Assembly: GCA_964438295.1 (NCBI GenBank)
Contig: CAYTKR010000007.1
Coordinates: 522-64,521, forward strand
Reading direction: 5' to 3'
From: an uncultured Anaerolineales bacterium
GTDB lineage: Bacteria > Chloroflexota > Anaerolineae > Anaerolineales > UBA11858
Length of the DNA stretch: 64,000 nt
Position 1 is the stretch's first letter; every line of letters starts with the position of its first letter. The notes beneath the pieces were generated by a model. That model was not told the origin of the DNA. It did not search any database and was given only the letters and a program-made list of their open reading frames with translations. The translations under genes and the position numbers were made by a program. This document shows, piece by piece, positions 28,446-41,662 of the stretch.

Positions 28446-29804
28446 CCTCTGTCGTTCATCAACTGTCTAAGATAAATATGCAAGGCGTCCATGGAATAAA
28501 ATCGTTTCGCCATGCGGAAGTTGTGCTCGACGGTCTCCTGACGCAACTCGTTGTCTGTGAGCAATTCTATGGCCTGGTCGGCGGCACTTTCGATGATCTC
28601 GGATTCGACGGTGACTAAGCCGTGTTCGTCTCGACCAGCGATCTGATTTCCTAAGGAGACCACCCGCAGGTTTTTATCTTTGATATCTGCTTCGAATACA
28701 GGATACTCGTAGAGCATGATAGGCAGCTTGGCCCGCAGCGCCTCGAGTAGTTGGTTTCCCCAACCTTCCCAAATGCTCGGATATGTGACGAAGTCTGCAT
28801 AAACATATGTGTCCCAAAGCGAATAGATTTTTCTCCCTTTGCGCGTGGAGCGACTGCTGCCGATAATGTCCTCGATGAAGATTGCCTCTACGCCAGCATC
28901 TTTGGCCTTATGCGCAAGCAGACTCCGATACCGCCCTGTGGCATCATCCAAGGCGTAGCCTGCCAAGACGAGCACAATGCGGCTGTCGTCGTCGAATTGA
29001 CGTCCATCGTACAATCCGCTCGCTTTGAGTTTCGATCGGCGAGCAGGGTCCTCCAGGGCTTTGACGAAATCAATTGCTAACTCGATGCCCTTGCGGGTAA
29101 CAATGCGAGTGGCTTGCAAGATCATAAGATCATTCTCTCGCAGCCCGATGTGGGAGCGGAAATCGCTATTGTACTCGTCGGGTGCCCAATCTGGGGCGTC
29201 GAAATCGAAGACATTCGGTACCAGGGCTGACTGGATCCCTTTGCGATCGATGAGTTGCTGCTGTGCCAACGAATTGATCACCACGTGCTTGACCAATGGG
29301 TTGCGCGGGGGCAGGTACTTATCTGCCAGTTCTACAGCAGTTCCACAAGTCAGCCTGAAGCCGTCGGTGCGCTCGAAGTAAAAGTCATGGCTTTGTGCCA
29401 AAGTGGGCAGTTTGAGCTCCCGCATGATATTAGTCAGCGCGACGGCTACTGCCGGATTGGCGGCCACCGACCACACATTTTGGGGAATCAGGCAATCGAT
29501 TTGCTTTTCCTCGATGAACGCCAGGATTTTCTTTTCGATCACGTCAGATAGACGATAGAGGCCTGCGCGATAGGTGGCTTCGTTGCGATAATCGCGCAGC
29601 GCTTGAAAGGTGTTGTAATACAGCAAGCGCGCATCGGGCCTGTGATGGTACATCTCTTTGATGACGGTCCCCTCGGCGGCGGACCCGATCTTTCCTGCGC
29701 AAATATGGACGGTGTGGCCCATTTCTTCCAGGACTTGAATCCATTTGTTCATCTCCAAGGAGACGCCGTCCGTAAGCCCAGCGATATAGTGAAAGATACC
29801 GATA

Positions 29805-29815
<11 letters not shown>
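28442..29815 (-). CDS. GT-B fold, GT4-like glycosyltransferase (or retaining glycoside phosphorylase)
   Basis: C-terminal EX7E-type block PSIWEGWGNQLLEALRAKLPIM. It overlaps both neighbouring genes, which suggests translational coupling. Confidence 0.6.
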
Positions 29816-33038
<3,223 letters not shown>

Positions 33039-33053
33039 TGTTGGTTATTCATA

Positions 33054-33094
33054 AACCCCGGAGTGTCGATGGGTTCCCTCCGGGGTTTTTATTT
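33054..33094. terminator. Strong intercistronic hairpin with flanking T/A tracts (attenuator or bidirectional terminator-like)
   Basis: AACCCCGGAG (33054-33063) / CTCCGGGGTT (33078-33087) is followed by TTTTATTT on the + strand and preceded by its complement. It lies between the permease and GH38 genes on the - strand. Confidence 0.4.
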
Positions 33095-33127
33095 CGTGAT
33101 GTTTTCTGGAGATAATCCAAATGGATT

Positions 33128-34036
33128 CTAGCCCTTCACACCACCAGCCGTCAATCCCTCTTCCAGGAATCTTTCCATGCTGAGGAAGAGTAATACGATG
33201 GGAACGGTCATGATGGTGGATGCGGCCATAACAACATGCGGACGTGGACTGGGGTCGTTGAAGATGGTGTTGATCTTAATGGGCATGGTGAACATGCCAT
33301 GATCGTTGAGGAATACCAGGGCGTACAAGAATTCATTCCAGGCGATCATGAAGGTGTAAATGCTGACAGATACGAGAGCAGGTACTGCCAAGGGCAAGGT
33401 CACCCGCCAAATTACTTCTAAGCGGGTACAACCGTCGATGAGGGCTGCCTGTTCGATTTCGTCGGGGATGGTACGGAAGTAGTTGGTAAGCATATAGAGG
33501 GCAACGGGCAGTGTCTGCGCCAGGTACGTGAAGATGAGCACGCCTAGATTGTCCTGAATCTCGAAGCCAAGCTGGTTGCCGATACGCGCCAACATGGCAA
33601 ACAGTGGGATGATGAGCAGCACCCCAGGGAACAAGTACACTAGCAGGATGCTGTTCAGTAACACATTCTTGCCCTTGAACTTTAATCGAGCAATGGCGTA
33701 AGAGCCTAACACGGCCAGGATTACGGCAATGATCGCTGTCGGGACTGACACTTTGAATGTATTGATGATATTTACGCCAAATTCCTGGTAGCTTTCGTGC
33801 TCTGGATCGAATAATTCACGGTAGGCATCGAGACGCAACGCCCCTGGTATATAGGTCGGTTCTCTGCCTGCAATTTCAGCCTGAGTTTTGAAGGATGAAC
33901 TTACCAACCAGTAAAAAGGAAAAAGGATACTGGTAAGGAAGAAGATCATCCCTAAGGAGAAGATAAATCGCGGCCAGTTGAGCCAATCAGCCATATGGCC
34001 TAAGAAGTTTTTAGGTTCGTTATTCATGATTCTCAC
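33128..34036 (-). CDS. Carbohydrate ABC transporter permease (MalG-like)
   Basis: Six-TM profile with an EAA-type loop (IEQAALIDGCTRLEVIWRVTLPLAVPAL). 4-nt overlap with the upstream permease. Confidence 0.85.
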   Translation of the reverse strand: MRIMNNEPKNFLGHMADWLNWPRFIFSLGMIFFLTSILFPFYWLVSSSFKTQAEIAGREPTYIPGALRLDAYRELFDPEHESYQEFGVNIINTFKVSVPTAIIAVILAVLGSYAIARLKFKGKNVLLNSILLVYLFPGVLLIIPLFAMLARIGNQLGFEIQDNLGVLIFTYLAQTLPVALYMLTNYFRTIPDEIEQAALIDGCTRLEVIWRVTLPLAVPALVSVSIYTFMIAWNEFLYALVFLNDHGMFTMPIKINTIFNDPSPRPHVVMAASTIMTVPIVLLFLSMERFLEEGLTAGGVKG

Positions 34037-34971
34037 TCCTCCACGTTGCGCATCACTACGCCAATATAAAACGCCATGAAGATCACCAGGATTAGCAGGA
34101 GAATCATGGCGGTGGCTGAGCCTCGGCCAAAGTCGAAAAGTTTGAAGCTGAATTCGTAGGTTAGCACCGGCAAGACCTTTGTGCCAAACCCTCCTCCAGT
34201 CAACAGGAATATGTCGTCGAATTTGTTAAAGGTCCACATCAAGCGCAACAGGAAGATCGCCCCCAGCACATAACGCAACTCGGGGATGGTGATGTTCCAG
34301 AACTTCTGCCAGGTACTGGCGCCATCGACCTCAGCAGCTTCGTACATCGTGTTGTCTACGGCCTGCAACCGGGCCAGGATCATTAACATTGCGAAGGGGA
34401 AATAGCGCCAGGCTTCGAAGATGATCACCAGGAGCAAGGATAAGCCCCGGGTTGCAAGGTACGCTTTGGGGAGTTCGATCAATCCTAAATTCATCAAGAT
34501 ATCATTGATGACGCCCGAGGGGCGTGGGTCTAATATCCATCGCCATACGAAGGCCACGCTCACAATAGGTGCCACATAGGGGAAGAGGAATACGGCACGC
34601 GCCAAGCCTCGGCCTTTGAAGGGACGATTCAATAAGAGAGATGCGATTAACCCCACCACGATTGTCAAGAAAGTCGCTGCAAATGAATAAACAACACTTG
34701 TGACCGCAGCTCCCCAACTTTGTCCGGCCTGAAATTTGAATGCGAAATCCTGAAAAACCTTTCTATAATTTTCGAACCCTACAAAAGGTGCATTAAAAAC
34801 ATCGTTGAGATTGTGTAACCCAACATCGTGGAAACTGACCCAAACGCTGAATACGGCTGGGAAGATGACTAATCCAAAAACGATAATTGCAGTTGGAAGG
34901 ATTAGTGACCAGGCCAAGCGGGTCTCGCGCGCTTGCAGAGATTTCCAGTTTGATTTGGTCGAGATAGCCAT
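34033..34971 (-). CDS. Carbohydrate ABC transporter permease (MalF-like)
   Basis: Membrane profile with the EAA loop YEAAEVDGASTWQKFWNITIPEL. Confidence 0.85.
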   Translation of the reverse strand: MAISTKSNWKSLQARETRLAWSLILPTAIIVFGLVIFPAVFSVWVSFHDVGLHNLNDVFNAPFVGFENYRKVFQDFAFKFQAGQSWGAAVTSVVYSFAATFLTIVVGLIASLLLNRPFKGRGLARAVFLFPYVAPIVSVAFVWRWILDPRPSGVINDILMNLGLIELPKAYLATRGLSLLLVIIFEAWRYFPFAMLMILARLQAVDNTMYEAAEVDGASTWQKFWNITIPELRYVLGAIFLLRLMWTFNKFDDIFLLTGGGFGTKVLPVLTYEFSFKLFDFGRGSATAMILLLILVIFMAFYIGVVMRNVEE

Positions 34972-34991
34972 TCTCGCCTCCTTCCTTGATG

Positions 34992-35032
34992 TAAAAAATT
35001 GGGGACGTAGCCTTCGGCTACGTCCCCAATTG
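34992..35032 (-). terminator. Intrinsic terminator/attenuator between the binding-protein and permease genes
   Basis: Perfect 16-bp stem AATTGGGGACGTAGCC-ttcg-GGCTACGTCCCCAATT (34997-35032), followed on the - strand by TTTTT. Confidence 0.6.
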
Positions 35033-35039
35033 TATGGGT

Positions 35040-36383
35040 TTACTCTTGCCGTTCGGCGAGGAGTATTTCAACTTCACCTTGCAGCCATTCAGCCGCGCTT
35101 TCGGGGGTCATGATGCCCTCAAGGGCGATATTGCTGATGGCCTGTGGGATTAGCAAGCGACCTTCGATATCACCGATGACAGCACGTTGAGTGGCGTCAT
35201 AGCCGGGCTTGAAGAGCCAGCGCTGCATGGTCTCGAAGCCATTGGCGATCTGGGCCAGGGTGTCTTCGGAGTAGTTAGCGAAGTAATCGCTGAGCGTTGA
35301 CCAACCTTCAACGGCGCTCTCCAAGACGGGGACCTTGCCGAAGGGGGCCAGAGCCAAGACATCCTGGTAGTTCTGCCCAGTCATGAAGAACTTGACCACT
35401 TCCTGGGCCATAGGATCAGCACCAGCCAGGAGGCCCAAAGTCACCAACTGACCGTAGGAAGCCGCGCTATTGGGACCTTCCATTGTGGCAGCGAAGCCGG
35501 TTACACCGGGCAGATCCTCAACGGGGATCTCAACATTGCCGCCGCCTTCCAAACCGGAGCCGTCGACCAGGTCATCCATGATGTAGGTGCTGTAGAAGAG
35601 CATGCCCGATTGATCGAGCTCATAGGCCTCGCGGGCGCCGCGCCAGTACTGCGGACCGGGCAGAGCACAGCGCTGCAGACCAGCATAGAACTCCAGAGCC
35701 GCGACCATCTCAGGTGTGTTCATTGACACACTGCCATCATCAGCAAAAGGCCAGGCGTCGTTCGACATAGCGACCTGTTCGAAAACCTGATGGGGGTAGT
35801 TCTGGCCAGGATCGGTGCCCAGGGTGAGGCCGTAGAGCAGGTTGCCGGTGCCAGGCAGAGCATCGCATGCGGCGTTGATGTCATCCCAGGTAATGGGGGC
35901 GTTGACGCCAGCTGCACCAAACGAGTCGGTGCGGTACCAAATGGCCTGGATCCAACCGTCGAAGGGAACTGCGGAGTACTTGCCAGTCTCTGGGTTGGTA
36001 ACCATGGCCAACGGGCCAGCGCGGAAATCATCCTCACCAATGGCCTGAATGGTGGCTACTGCAGCGTCCTCATCGAGAATGCCATCAGCGGCAAAAGCCG
36101 AAACGCGCTCCACACCCATGCGAACGATGTCGGGGAGGCGGTTGGCGGCTTGCGCTGTGGCGATTCGCTGAGATATTGTGCCCTCATCGATTGGCACAAT
36201 GCGCAAGTCAATCTCGGGGTGTTCTGCCATGAAGGCAGCCGCAATGGCTTCGTAAGCATCGACTCGCTGTTCCTCATTATCGGTCGTCCAGAACTCGATC
36301 ACAGTTTTGTCTTGTCGGGGGGCAAAACCCACCAAGAGCGAGCTAATCATGACGACCAGCATAAATATTGAAAACTTCTTCAT
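35040..36383 (-). CDS. ABC sugar transporter extracellular solute-binding protein (family 1)
   Basis: Signal peptide MKKFSIFMLVVMISSLLVG, family-typical length and 'IEFWTT..' N-terminus. It sits in an operon with two sugar permeases. Confidence 0.8.
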   Translation of the reverse strand: MKKFSIFMLVVMISSLLVGFAPRQDKTVIEFWTTDNEEQRVDAYEAIAAAFMAEHPEIDLRIVPIDEGTISQRIATAQAANRLPDIVRMGVERVSAFAADGILDEDAAVATIQAIGEDDFRAGPLAMVTNPETGKYSAVPFDGWIQAIWYRTDSFGAAGVNAPITWDDINAACDALPGTGNLLYGLTLGTDPGQNYPHQVFEQVAMSNDAWPFADDGSVSMNTPEMVAALEFYAGLQRCALPGPQYWRGAREAYELDQSGMLFYSTYIMDDLVDGSGLEGGGNVEIPVEDLPGVTGFAATMEGPNSAASYGQLVTLGLLAGADPMAQEVVKFFMTGQNYQDVLALAPFGKVPVLESAVEGWSTLSDYFANYSEDTLAQIANGFETMQRWLFKPGYDATQRAVIGDIEGRLLIPQAISNIALEGIMTPESAAEWLQGEVEILLAERQE

Positions 36384-36483
36384 AATCTTAATCCTCCAGA
36401 TAGATAAAAAGTGACTTTCGTTTTACATTTGTGACTTCTAAGGTAAATTTCTTGTCGATAACACCACCTCCTTTCATGGGGGA

Positions 36484-37500
36484 TCAAGGTGTTCCCCCGC
36501 ATGTTTCACGGATAATTAGCGAAGGTTGCAGTAATACCTGATCTGCTTCCCCTTTTTCTCCATTGATGAGACCGATGAGTTTCTCGCATACCATATCGCC
36601 GATCTGATAGATTGGCTGGTGAATGGTTGTGAGCGGGGGATGGCTATGTTCTGCCAGAGGAATATTATCAAAGCCTGTGATGGCGATATCTTTGCCAACA
36701 GTTAGGCCACGCTTTTGAGCAGCGCTGATGGCCCCCAAGGCCATCAAGTCATTGCAGGCCGCGATGGCAGTGGGCGGATTCGGTTGATCTAATAATAAGG
36801 TTGCTTGCCGGAAACCATCGCGCTGTGTGAGATCGCCAACCACGATCATCGTCTCATCAAGCTGAAGCCCTTTTTCTGCCAGACCTTCTTTGAATCCTCT
36901 TCGGCGATAGTGAGCAAACATCAGCTCTTCAGGAGCAGCAATAAATGCAATGCGTTGGTGCCCTAAGTCAGCCAAATGATGAGCGAGTAGGCGCATGCCA
37001 TATTCGCTATCTTCATCTACATAAGGAAATACGCGCTCGCTCTCTGTTCGCCCAAAGACGACAAAGGGAAAATCGACCTGGCTCAAATATTCAATCCTTG
37101 CATCGTGACGTCTTGTGCGTACAATGACAAATCCATCAACTAGATAGCTCTGAACTTTTCTGCGATAGGTGCGTAGCTCTTCTTCTCCGGGAGGATGAGT
37201 GGAGACAAGTAGGTCGTACCCAAGTTTGGCAGATTTGTTACCGATGCCCGCCAAGAATTCACTGAAGAATGGATCGGAGAAACGGGGGCCAAAGGTGGGC
37301 AGGATGAAGCCGATGGTATCGGTACGTTGTTTTTGTAATCGTTGGGCGATGATGTTGGGGGTGTAGCCCATTTCTTCGGCTACCTGATGCACAAGCGCTT
37401 TGGTTTCAGGGCTGACATCGTCATAACCATGCAGGGCGCGCGATACCGTTGTAACAGATTTTCCCACTCTTTCGGCAATATCTTTTAGTGTAACAGACAT
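36484..37500 (-). CDS. LacI-family transcriptional regulator
   Basis: HTH region MSVTLKDIAERVGKSVTTVSRALHG followed by a periplasmic-binding-fold C-terminus. The ATG at 37500 gives the canonical N-terminus. The tracked start at 37536 would run into the operator. Confidence 0.85.
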   Translation of the reverse strand: MSVTLKDIAERVGKSVTTVSRALHGYDDVSPETKALVHQVAEEMGYTPNIIAQRLQKQRTDTIGFILPTFGPRFSDPFFSEFLAGIGNKSAKLGYDLLVSTHPPGEEELRTYRRKVQSYLVDGFVIVRTRRHDARIEYLSQVDFPFVVFGRTESERVFPYVDEDSEYGMRLLAHHLADLGHQRIAFIAAPEELMFAHYRRRGFKEGLAEKGLQLDETMIVVGDLTQRDGFRQATLLLDQPNPPTAIAACNDLMALGAISAAQKRGLTVGKDIAITGFDNIPLAEHSHPPLTTIHQPIYQIGDMVCEKLIGLINGEKGEADQVLLQPSLIIRETCGGTP

Positions 37501-37532
37501 GGCTTGCCCCAGGTAAATGCGATTATTATCAA

Positions 37533-37546
37533 CCAAAACGTTTTGG
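37533..37546. promoter_or_regulatory. LacI-type operator O1 (perfect 14-bp palindrome)
   Basis: CCAAAACGTTTTGG is CG-centred like LacI/GalR-family operators. It lies 33 nt upstream of the lacI-family start. Confidence 0.7.
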
Positions 37547-37564
37547 ATACAAGATCATTCTATT

Positions 37565-37578
37565 CCAAAACGTTTTGG
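37565..37578. promoter_or_regulatory. LacI-type operator O2 (identical perfect palindrome)
   Basis: A second exact copy of CCAAAACGTTTTGG, 32 bp centre-to-centre from O1. Confidence 0.7.
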
Positions 37579-37631
37579 AAGTCAAGCAAAAATGCTAGTT
37601 CTTAATAAAGTTAGCAGGAAATTGGGAAAAT

Positions 37632-38843
37632 CTATAAACCTTGGGATTCCTCGAATAACTCCCCAATGCGCTCAGCTTTCATAGTGTCTAGATCAAGTAG
37701 ATAGATTCCAGTGAATTCGTCCTGCGGGCCAACGCCTAGCCATTCTAACCCGACAAGCAGTTGCGTTGCATTTAGCCAGCGACCAGGTCTTTCAGCATCT
37801 TCAAAACTCACGGGAATAACATAATCCCTGAGATCATCTTCGCTGATGTTCGCTTGAAAACCAGGAAAATCGACCAGGGTAAAGATCGCTGCGCGCTGCA
37901 GGTCCTGATCCAACTCCATGATGACCAAGCTCAGATCTACAAATAATGCATCCCCATAGCCCGTGCCCGAAAGTAAGGCAAGAAAACGCCCATCAGGGGA
38001 GACTTGCGCTGAGTGATAGTTTTCTTCGGCCTCACCAATCCTGTATTTCGATTTCGTCTCTACGTTTACAATCCAGAGTTCATCTCGTCTACCGACGGTA
38101 TGGGCTTCTATTCGCTGCTGCGTGCGATCCCGGTCAGTGTAGACGATGGCATTGGTAGTTGGAACCCATGCCATGGATGAGATCTCGCCGGTAGTGAGTA
38201 ATTCTTGCTCCTGACCGTTTGGATCTTGAATGATAAGCATGCCCAGATTTTTGACCAGAGCGATGGACATTCCATCTGGGGAAGCGATGGGTTCTACTGG
38301 CCAGGGGTCAACGATCCGAAAAGAATTCAGATGCCCAACTTCGCTTATTGATTGGGGTTGGTCATCAATATATAGATATAGATCATAAGAGCCAGCTTGG
38401 ATGCCTTGATCGAAATCAAAGATAGATATGTCTTTAATTTGACCATCGGAGCCATATCGATCGAGATCCCAAGGTCCTTCTTGGTATAGCCATGGCTCGC
38501 CATCGCAATACCATTCTTTGCGGATAATTTGCCCTTCACGCATATTGGCATACCCCCAGATTGCGTAGATCTGTTGCGTCCCAGCTGGGAAGACGCGCTG
38601 AACTTTGGACGCATCTGGCGAGGTAGAAAAAAGGATTTCCGCTGTGAAATTGGGTTGCAGAAATTCTTGATCGTTCGCTACACGCGTAGCAGATGAGAGA
38701 CAATTGATTGTTGGATAAGTAGTTGACAATGATGGGGTTGGATCAGAAGAGATGGGTTCAGGGGACGTGTCTCCTGATTGTGATAGCGAACAACCCACCA
38801 AACAAATTAGACTCAAGGCAATACCCAATCGCCTAATGGCCAT
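37632..38843 (-). CDS. Lipoprotein of unknown function (C-terminal TolB-like propeller character)
   Basis: Lipobox LICLVGC. 'SPDGRFLAL'- and 'SPDGMSIALV'-type blade motifs. Confidence 0.55.
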   Translation of the reverse strand: MAIRRLGIALSLICLVGCSLSQSGDTSPEPISSDPTPSLSTTYPTINCLSSATRVANDQEFLQPNFTAEILFSTSPDASKVQRVFPAGTQQIYAIWGYANMREGQIIRKEWYCDGEPWLYQEGPWDLDRYGSDGQIKDISIFDFDQGIQAGSYDLYLYIDDQPQSISEVGHLNSFRIVDPWPVEPIASPDGMSIALVKNLGMLIIQDPNGQEQELLTTGEISSMAWVPTTNAIVYTDRDRTQQRIEAHTVGRRDELWIVNVETKSKYRIGEAEENYHSAQVSPDGRFLALLSGTGYGDALFVDLSLVIMELDQDLQRAAIFTLVDFPGFQANISEDDLRDYVIPVSFEDAERPGRWLNATQLLVGLEWLGVGPQDEFTGIYLLDLDTMKAERIGELFEESQGL

Positions 38844-38849
38844 TTTCGT

Positions 38850-39677
38850 TCAGTCCCGATCGAATTGTAAGTAGGCCTGATAGAGTGCTTCTACTTCAGT
38901 ACTATTTTCCCCAAAATGGCAGCGTTCTTCCCGAAGATGAGAAAAATATTTCCCCGTCTTCTCTAGGCCAATGGGATTCGTTGCCAGCCAAACCGGAGTG
39001 GCCGCGCCCTGTTCAGGGGATTCGTGTCCCCCAAAACCCAGATCGTTGCTCAGCTTGGAATTGACATCCCCTGGGTGGCACGAATTGACAGAGATCCCGT
39101 CGGCTTTGAGCCGATTAGCAAAAGCAACCGTCAACATACGATTGGCCTGTTTTGATTGGCGATAGGCAGTGCCGTTACGATAGGGACGGCGTTTGAATTC
39201 CAGGTCATCGAGCTCTAAATCGCCTGCCCAATAGCTGGCAACATTGACTACTCTCGAAGGTGCGCCAGTTATTAGATGAGGCCTGAATGCTTCCATCATC
39301 CAGCAATAGCTCAATACGTTGACAGCGAATTGTAGCTCGATGCCTTCCGGTGTCTCCGAGCGTTGCCTGGGTGAAGCCGCGGCGTTGTTCACCAGCGCAT
39401 GCAATGGACCACTCCATCTTTCTGCCAAGGTGAAAATTTGTGCTCTGCGTGACAGGTCGGCGATCAGATATCGAACCTGCTGGTTGCCCGTATTCTGGAT
39501 GATCCTTTGCACAGCTCTACGCGCTTTGGTCTCGGTCCGAACGATGAGAACGACCTCAAAATTTGCGTTTTCTGCCAAACCCTGAGCGATGGCTTCTCCG
39601 ATCGCGCCCGTTGCGCCGGTAACGATGAAAATTTTTCTTTTGGAATTGTTATTTGATTTTTGCATAGTTTTATCCAT
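38850..39677 (-). CDS. SDR-family oxidoreductase
   Basis: TGATGAIG dinucleotide motif, NNAA and the YRQSK catalytic motif. Confidence 0.8.
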   Translation of the reverse strand: MDKTMQKSNNNSKRKIFIVTGATGAIGEAIAQGLAENANFEVVLIVRTETKARRAVQRIIQNTGNQQVRYLIADLSRRAQIFTLAERWSGPLHALVNNAAASPRQRSETPEGIELQFAVNVLSYCWMMEAFRPHLITGAPSRVVNVASYWAGDLELDDLEFKRRPYRNGTAYRQSKQANRMLTVAFANRLKADGISVNSCHPGDVNSKLSNDLGFGGHESPEQGAATPVWLATNPIGLEKTGKYFSHLREERCHFGENSTEVEALYQAYLQFDRD

Positions 39678-41484
39678 CTACCCAAAACGTAAATCTCTGG
39701 AACCAAGTTTCACCTTGATCGGTCAGCGTACCGCTGAAAAATTCGATCAGTTCCCCATCCTTGTGAACCTCAATTTCGAAATATGCATCTTCGTAGTTAG
39801 CACAATATCCTGCCCAGTAGTAGGCCCACACTGAATACTCACCTGGAACAGCGTCATAATTCGGGAAGTGAATGTAAATATGTGGATCGGTGACGGTATG
39901 TTCCTCACATGTGCCGGGCCCGAAATTATCTCGGTCCAGATCGACTTCATAGGAACCGGCTCCAGATGGAGTTGAAAATTCATAATCAAAACCGGCGCGG
40001 TTGAACCAACGGATTGTGACTTCTAGGCCAAATCTTGGTATTGGGGTATCCGTTGGGTAGGGTGTACTGGTAGGGAAGGGTGTACTGGTTGGGACAGGTG
40101 TATTGGTTGGTTTGGGTGTATTCGTCGGACGCGGTGTAGATGTTGGTTTGGGAGTGTTTGTGGGAGTTGAGGTAGTAGTGGACAGAATTTTCTTCGTTTT
40201 GGTGGGTTCGGATTTCTTTGGCGCTTTTTGCGCCTCCTGCGATGATTCCTCCCCTGTTTGAGGCTCAAAAGTCATTTTCCACACGAATACATCGTTGAAG
40301 TAATTGACCCACTCCCCACTGCTCTCATCGTAATAATAAAACTTGACCCCACTTGCCCCTAAACCTAATTCTTCTTTCCAGGGTACGGCATCGAAATAAA
40401 CTGCGTAGACATCCAGCCGTGAACCACTAAGAGTGTTGAACTTCCAAAGATCCTTGAAAGCTGGGTCCATGTTCTCGTTGATATATTCCATCTCGCGTGC
40501 CAGGATCCAGGCCGATGCCTTTACCGCGGCCGTGCTAGGGTCAGCATTTTTCAGATCAACGATATATTCACCTATCTCCAAGCCGAGATCGAAAGAGTCA
40601 TAAGCGGCCACAATAAAAGAGCCAGCAGTAGAATCAGTGGCATAATCGCCAACCTCGGCGAAGACCAACTCGCCCATTGCCCAGGCTAGATCTTCGTAGC
40701 CTTCTTCGAGAGCGCCGATAGCCAATCCCGCAGTTTTGGACACCAGATTGCCAAAAGAGATCACTCCCGAGGCTGTTTTCGTCGCCAAAGAGAGTTTTGC
40801 ATGCACGACGGCAGTTACATCTTGAGGTTTGATCTGCAAGTCGTAAAAGTTATACCGAATCTGATCAGGTAGGTCGCCGAAATACTCAGATGTGATTTCA
40901 TCGCCGATTGCCGATTGCACTGCATCGTACACCGCTGAGGCCGCGCTCTCGAAAATCCCAAAAAATGAAAAGTGCTCTACTGACGCATAGACAGTGTGAT
41001 TTTCTGTGTCAACAAATCCATCAGGCACTGCCTGCCATTCTTCGCCAACCAGGGTTGCGATATACAAATTATTCTCATTGGTTCCAGGGGCTAATTCGGT
41101 TGGATCATAGCTGATCGAGATCAGCACGGGCCCAGAGAGCTCTTCTTCACTCGTTATCTCGTAGGCTTGCCCAACAGCAGAAGATTGCGCGGGTGCTGGC
41201 GGCAAAGGGTCGGTAACAACTTCAGCTGTGATCGAAGGTTGGTTTCCTTGGAACTCCGGGGGAATGAAAACTTCTAATACGCCCGCGGTTATGGTTTCCC
41301 CGGTGTTGGGCTGTGGAATCTCATCTAGAACCGCGTCAGTTTGTGAAGCTTGAGTTTCGGCTATCCCCGCCTGGATCGTGGCTTCGATATCCTGCTCACC
41401 AAAGGAAATAGCTTTACATGCAAGGGAAATTAATAGTAGTGCTGCAACTGGAATCCCAAGATCGCGTTTGTGTACGGCTTGCAT
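39670..41484 (-). CDS. Secreted protein of unknown function with a Pro/Thr-rich linker
   Basis: Signal/lipobox-like N-terminus (LISLAC) and the linker TSTPTNTPKPTSTPRPTNTPKPTNTPVPTSTPFPTSTPYPTDTP. Confidence 0.55.
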   Translation of the reverse strand: MQAVHKRDLGIPVAALLLISLACKAISFGEQDIEATIQAGIAETQASQTDAVLDEIPQPNTGETITAGVLEVFIPPEFQGNQPSITAEVVTDPLPPAPAQSSAVGQAYEITSEEELSGPVLISISYDPTELAPGTNENNLYIATLVGEEWQAVPDGFVDTENHTVYASVEHFSFFGIFESAASAVYDAVQSAIGDEITSEYFGDLPDQIRYNFYDLQIKPQDVTAVVHAKLSLATKTASGVISFGNLVSKTAGLAIGALEEGYEDLAWAMGELVFAEVGDYATDSTAGSFIVAAYDSFDLGLEIGEYIVDLKNADPSTAAVKASAWILAREMEYINENMDPAFKDLWKFNTLSGSRLDVYAVYFDAVPWKEELGLGASGVKFYYYDESSGEWVNYFNDVFVWKMTFEPQTGEESSQEAQKAPKKSEPTKTKKILSTTTSTPTNTPKPTSTPRPTNTPKPTNTPVPTSTPFPTSTPYPTDTPIPRFGLEVTIRWFNRAGFDYEFSTPSGAGSYEVDLDRDNFGPGTCEEHTVTDPHIYIHFPNYDAVPGEYSVWAYYWAGYCANYEDAYFEIEVHKDGELIEFFSGTLTDQGETWFQRFTFWVDG

Positions 41485-41662
41485 GTATGCCCTCCCGAAA
41501 TGAAGCAGTGTAGAGCGTTTACGAATTTAGTCGGAAAGTATCTGAACGCCTTCGGCGTTCACGCCAGAAGCGAGCCTGCGGCCTGACTGGAAATTAAAGA
41601 ACCTTCCGGAGTTCGCATAAATCGGAAATTGACTTGCAAGGCAATTATAACCGAAGAGGTTT

